DNA of 64,000 nt. It comes from an uncultured delta proteobacterium (GTDB lineage Bacteria > Desulfobacterota > Binatia > UBA9968). This document shows, piece by piece, positions 60,246 through 64,000 of the stretch. The notes under the pieces are model-generated. The model worked only from the letters and a program-made list of their open reading frames with translations, ran no database searches and was not told the origin of the DNA. Position 1 is the stretch's first letter; every line of letters starts with the position of its first letter. The DNA lies in contig CAVSHR010000004.1 in assembly GCA_963727625.1 (NCBI GenBank), positions 416,001-480,000 on the forward strand, given 5' to 3'. Position numbers and translations under genes: made by a program.

Positions 60246-61301
60246 ATGAGTGACCTCACCCATCTCCGGCAACAATTGCCCGGCATCCTCAGAGCGCTCG
60301 TCATTGGCATTCCCGCCGGTTACCTGTTCCATCGGTTGCATACACCGATCCCATGGATGATCGGCCCGATGATCGCCGTGGCAACCCTCAATCTGATGGG
60401 CGTGCCGATGCATTCGCCGCCTTTTGCGCGCCAGATGGGACAGGTGATTCTGGGCTCGGCGGTATCGCTCTATTTCACCCCCACGGTGGTTGCAACGTTA
60501 GCCGGCAACCTGCCGGCGATCCTGGCGGCGACGGCGGCGGTCTTCTTGGTCGGCGGCCTCGGTGCGATGACGTTGAGCCGGGCTTCGGGCGTGGATGGGA
60601 AATCAACCTTTTTCGCCTCGATCCCGGGCGGTGCCATGGCGATGGCGGTCCTGGCCGATCGCTACGGCGCACAGATCGCGCCTGTAGCGGTGGCGCACAG
60701 CCTGCGCGTCTCGCTCATCGTCATCATCGTCCCCTTCGCGCTCACCTACGGCGGTTTTCCGCTGGTGCCGTCGGCATACCGGCCCAACTTGCCCTTCGAT
60801 CTTACGGTGCTCTTGCCCTGGCTGGCGGTCGGTTGGCTCTTGGGCGAGGTTTCCGAACGCTGGCATTTTCACAACGGTTGTCTGTTAACGCCGATTTTTA
60901 TCGGCGCCGCTCTGACCACGAGCGGCCTCGATCTATCAGCCGTACCCCATGGCTTTACCAATTTTGCTCAGCTAATGTTCGGGCTGGTGCTCGGCGCCCG
61001 TTACGAGCGCAGTTTTTTTGTCCGCTACAAACTGTTCATTCCCTTTGCGCTGCTCAATTCTTGCTTTATCCTGGTGGCGTCCGTGATTGCCGGAGTAACT
61101 CTCGCGTGGGCCTTCGGACTGCCGGTGGCGACCATGATTCTCGCCACCTCGCCGGGCGGATTAGCCGAGATGACGATCACCGCCCAGGCCCTGCAAATCA
61201 GCGTGCCGCTGGTCGTCGCCTTTCACTTGTTTCGCGTCGTCATGGTCAACATGGGAACCCCATATTTCTACTTATTCGCCGCGCGTTGGCTTGATCGTTA
61301 G
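60246..61301 (+). CDS. AbrB family (AbrB-duplication) membrane protein
   Basis: PWMIGPM, PGGA..M, SPGGLAEM, FHLFR; internal duplication. Confidence 0.88.
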   Translation: MSDLTHLRQQLPGILRALVIGIPAGYLFHRLHTPIPWMIGPMIAVATLNLMGVPMHSPPFARQMGQVILGSAVSLYFTPTVVATLAGNLPAILAATAAVFLVGGLGAMTLSRASGVDGKSTFFASIPGGAMAMAVLADRYGAQIAPVAVAHSLRVSLIVIIVPFALTYGGFPLVPSAYRPNLPFDLTVLLPWLAVGWLLGEVSERWHFHNGCLLTPIFIGAALTTSGLDLSAVPHGFTNFAQLMFGLVLGARYERSFFVRYKLFIPFALLNSCFILVASVIAGVTLAWAFGLPVATMILATSPGGLAEMTITAQALQISVPLVVAFHLFRVVMVNMGTPYFYLFAARWLDR

Positions 61302-61460
61302 GGCAAATCCGCCTCAATTAATTATACTGACGCAAATCGGTTGTTTCTCAATCAGAAATCCGCCATGGGCGAAGTAAAATCGCCGTCCCGCCGCCGCGCA
61401 GAAGATTTTTAGTTGGCGTATAATTTATCGGCGTTGTATCATTCACAGTTACGAGGAGTA

Positions 61461-61482
61461 CGGCGTGAGCGCGCTCACGCCG
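61461..61482. repeat. Perfect 22-bp palindrome
   Basis: CGGCGTGAGCGCGCTCACGCCG equals its own reverse complement. Confidence 0.9.
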
Positions 61483-61499
61483 AAGCATCTTAAGTTTCC

Positions 61500-61772
61500 A
61501 TGACCGATCAAGAATTGCTCACCAGAGTCGCAGTGGACCCGAATATATGCGGCGGCAAGCCGTTCATTTGCGGCACGCGAATTTATATCGCCATCATCCT
61601 CGATGCTTTGGCACAGGGACTCACCCCCGAGGAAATTACCGAGCACTATCCGACGCTGGAGCGTGACGATATTCGGGCGGCAGTCGCTTTCGCCAGCCAC
61701 CTCGCCGAGCAAAATGGCGGCCTAGCTATTGTCGGTCACCAGTGCCTCAACAAGCTAATCCACCCGCTATGA
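61500..61772 (+). CDS. DUF433 domain protein (antitoxin-like)
   Basis: DPNICGGKP.I.GTRI, YP.L..DDI.AA..FA. Confidence 0.9.
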   Translation: MTDQELLTRVAVDPNICGGKPFICGTRIYIAIILDALAQGLTPEEITEHYPTLERDDIRAAVAFASHLAEQNGGLAIVGHQCLNKLIHPL

Positions 61773-62838
61773 CTTGAAGCGCTGTCGCGTCGAAGCAGGC
61801 GGTCACCTCGGCGCCAAGCTCGAGCGCTAAAGCTTGATATTCCTTGCGGTCCAATACCGCGACCACGCCGACGCCGGCGCAGTTCAAAGTTACGCGACAA
61901 CGGGCTAACCCTGGCGTAAGCTCCGTGATTTTTCCTCTAAGGCAGTTTCGCGTTTTACTTTCGTCACCGCCTCCGCTGAGCGAAATATCTTCGCTGCGAA
62001 TGCAGGCAATTACCCTAGCCCCGCTTGGAAGCCGGCCCTGCGCGCGCAGGGTTACCGCACCAACCGCAAGCGTGGTGTAGTCGCCATTAACGCTCTGCAC
62101 CTCAGCGCCGAAACGGTTTTCAAACCCGACAATCTCGGCCACAGCCGCCGCATTGGGCCGAAGAAACAGCTCCTCGCTCGGGCCGGTCTGCAACAAACGG
62201 CCTAAATTCATGACACCAACCCGCTCCGCAAGGGCGAATGCTTCTTGCCGGTCATGAGTGACAATGACTGTCGTAATCCTGGTCTCTTTGACGATCCGAT
62301 AAAAGTCGCGCAGCAACGCTTCCCGGCTCACCGGATCGAGCGCCGCGAAGGGTTCATCCAAAAGTAAAAGTTCCGGTTCGAGCACCAGAGCGCGGGCCAG
62401 GCTGGTGCGTTGTGCTTCGCCGCCGGAAAGCGTGCGGGCCGATCGTGCGCCCAGCGCGGCGATGCCGAGCCGCTCCAACCATGGCCGCAGGCGGGTTTCA
62501 ATCTCATGCCGTTTCACCCCGCGCAGTCGCAAGCCGAGGGCCGCGTTATCGCGCACCGTGGCATTGAGCAGCAAAGGTTCCTGGAAAACCGTGGCGATGC
62601 GACGGCGCATCACCAGGGCGTTGGCGCGCTCCGCCTTTTCGCCCTTGAAGTAAACCACCCCGCTGCTCGGAGGCCGCAACAACCCCATCACCTGGAGCAA
62701 TGTTGTCTTGCCGGCGCCGTTGGGACCGAGCACTGCCAGAACTTCCCCAGGCGCGACTTCGAGACGGGTAAATTCAAGAGCAGTCTGGTCACCGTGACGG
62801 ACCTGTATATCTCGCAGATCTAAGAGACTTTCGGCCAC
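61747..62838 (-). CDS. tupC: Tungstate ABC transporter ATPase
   Basis: GPNGAGKT, LSGGEAQR, DEPF, C-terminal TOBE domain. Confidence 0.8.
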   Translation of the reverse strand: MAESLLDLRDIQVRHGDQTALEFTRLEVAPGEVLAVLGPNGAGKTTLLQVMGLLRPPSSGVVYFKGEKAERANALVMRRRIATVFQEPLLLNATVRDNAALGLRLRGVKRHEIETRLRPWLERLGIAALGARSARTLSGGEAQRTSLARALVLEPELLLLDEPFAALDPVSREALLRDFYRIVKETRITTVIVTHDRQEAFALAERVGVMNLGRLLQTGPSEELFLRPNAAAVAEIVGFENRFGAEVQSVNGDYTTLAVGAVTLRAQGRLPSGARVIACIRSEDISLSGGGDESKTRNCLRGKITELTPGLARCRVTLNCAGVGVVAVLDRKEYQALALELGAEVTACFDATALQVIAGGLAC

Positions 62839-63533
62839 CGCAGCTGCTCCCGTTGCTGGATACGAGTCAGGAAAAAGTTGATGACAAAGGTAAGCGCCAG
62901 CAAGATCAGGCTGAGCGCGATGGCAATTTCAAAATTACCCTTGCCGGTTTCGAGCACTGTGGCGGTGGTGAGCACCCGGGTCTGGCCCCGGATATTTCCG
63001 CCCACCATCATCGAAGCGCCCACTTCCGAGATCACACCGCCAAAACCGGCCATGACCGCTGCCAGCAGCGGCAACCGCGCTTCTTTGCACAGCAGCCAGA
63101 GCAGCTGCGGTTTGGAGGCGCCGATGCCGAGCAGTTGCAGGCTGAGCTTGGGATCGAGACTTTGAAAGCTTGCCATCGTCAGGCCGGCAACGATCGGAAA
63201 AGCGATGATCACCTGGGCGATCACCATGGCGGTTGGCGAGTAGATCCATTCGAGAAAACCCAGGGGGCCGCTGCGCCAGAGGAAAATCGAAACGAACAAT
63301 CCGACCACGACTGGCGGCAAACCCATGCCGGTATTGACCAGCGCTGCTACGAGCGCGCGGCCGGGAAAAACCGCCAGCGCCAACGCAATGCCGAGCGGAA
63401 TGCCGAGCACAAGCGAAATCAACGTCGCGCAACCGGAAATCTTCAGCGATAGCCAGGTGATCGACCACACCTCGGCATCGAAGCTGACGACCAGTTCGAC
63501 CGCTTTGATAATCCCCTCTCCGATCAGTCCCAT
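62820..63533 (-). CDS. tupB: Tungstate ABC transporter permease
   Basis: LPPVVVGL, SEVGASMMVGGNI..TRVLTT. Confidence 0.9.
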   Translation of the reverse strand: MGLIGEGIIKAVELVVSFDAEVWSITWLSLKISGCATLISLVLGIPLGIALALAVFPGRALVAALVNTGMGLPPVVVGLFVSIFLWRSGPLGFLEWIYSPTAMVIAQVIIAFPIVAGLTMASFQSLDPKLSLQLLGIGASKPQLLWLLCKEARLPLLAAVMAGFGGVISEVGASMMVGGNIRGQTRVLTTATVLETGKGNFEIAIALSLILLALTFVINFFLTRIQQREQLRWPKVS

Positions 63534-63534
63534 A

Positions 63535-64000
63535 TTAAACGCCGAGTTCGTTTTCGTTCTTGCCGGCCACCGGAACGAAAAGCGGCTGGCCTAATTTTTC
63601 CACGCCGAAATTCCGGATCAAGTTTTGCGTCTGCGGCGCGATCATGAAGTCAGCAAAAGCCTTGCCCCCGGCAACGTTTATACGCGGGCCGTTAGCTGGA
63701 TTGATCTCGAGAACCGAATAGATATTCAAAAGCGCCCGATCGCCTTCGACAAGAATCGGCAGGCTCAGGCGCTTGGCCAGCGCCAGATACGTCCCGCGGT
63801 CTGTGATCGTGTATGCGTTGCGCTCGTTGGCGATCCTGAGTGTGGCGCCCATGCCCTGCCCGGCTTCGATGTACCAGCCGCCTTTGGGCTCTATGCCGGA
63901 CGATTTCCATAGGGACTTTTCCAACGTATGTGTGCCCGAGTTGTCGCCGCGGGAGACAAAATTGGCCTTGTCCCGCGCGATCGCTTTGAGCCCCTCGACG
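63535..64000 (-). CDS. tupA: Tungstate ABC transporter substrate-binding protein, 5' end beyond window
   Basis: FVSRGDNSGTH, GQGMGATL, TDRGTY. Frame open to the window edge. Confidence 0.9.
   Translation of the reverse strand, partial: VEGLKAIARDKANFVSRGDNSGTHTLEKSLWKSSGIEPKGGWYIEAGQGMGATLRIANERNAYTITDRGTYLALAKRLSLPILVEGDRALLNIYSVLEINPANGPRINVAGGKAFADFMIAPQTQNLIRNFGVEKLGQPLFVPVAGKNENELGV

Noticed and set aside
60353-61294. 313-aa alternative-frame ORF over abrB
   Set aside because: Arg/Gly-rich shadow frame typical of GC-rich DNA, with no motifs.
1-64000. CRISPR arrays, tRNA/rRNA genes, transposases, integrases, phage or defence genes
   Set aside because: No regularly spaced repeats or recognisable motifs found by eye.

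Overview
GC-rich bacterial chromosome segment. Gene content and order resemble Deltaproteobacteria-like lineages such as Binatota (an inference, not a classification). The left half (1-27.7 kb, minus strand) is a long envelope cluster: lysS-lolE-lolD-bamA-skp-lpxD-fabZ-lpxA-lpxI-gnnA-like-lpxB-msbA-waaA-lpxK-gmhB-epimerase. It is followed by an LPS core tailoring block with 2 GT9 heptosyltransferases, 3 Kdo/WaaP-type kinases, a GT4, a sulfotransferase and a GT39. bamA is split by a +1 frameshift. Next come metF, an Rrf2-led SUF operon that lacks sufB but carries two DUF59 genes and a truncated globin, then def, cofH, aspS-hisS and a fluoride-riboswitch-controlled crcB-DUF190 pair. The right part is accessory: a secreted tandem I9-like prodomain protein, a TM-helix-repeat protein, an aapJQM transporter without its ATPase next to a deletion scar, an ArnT, an FAD monooxygenase/amidohydrolase/VOC/stand-alone molybdopterin enzyme group, an AbrB-family membrane protein, an orphan DUF433 behind a palindrome-embedded leader ORF, and tupABC. 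I saw no rRNA, tRNA, CRISPR array or mobile element. Several non-coding structured elements were found by eye.
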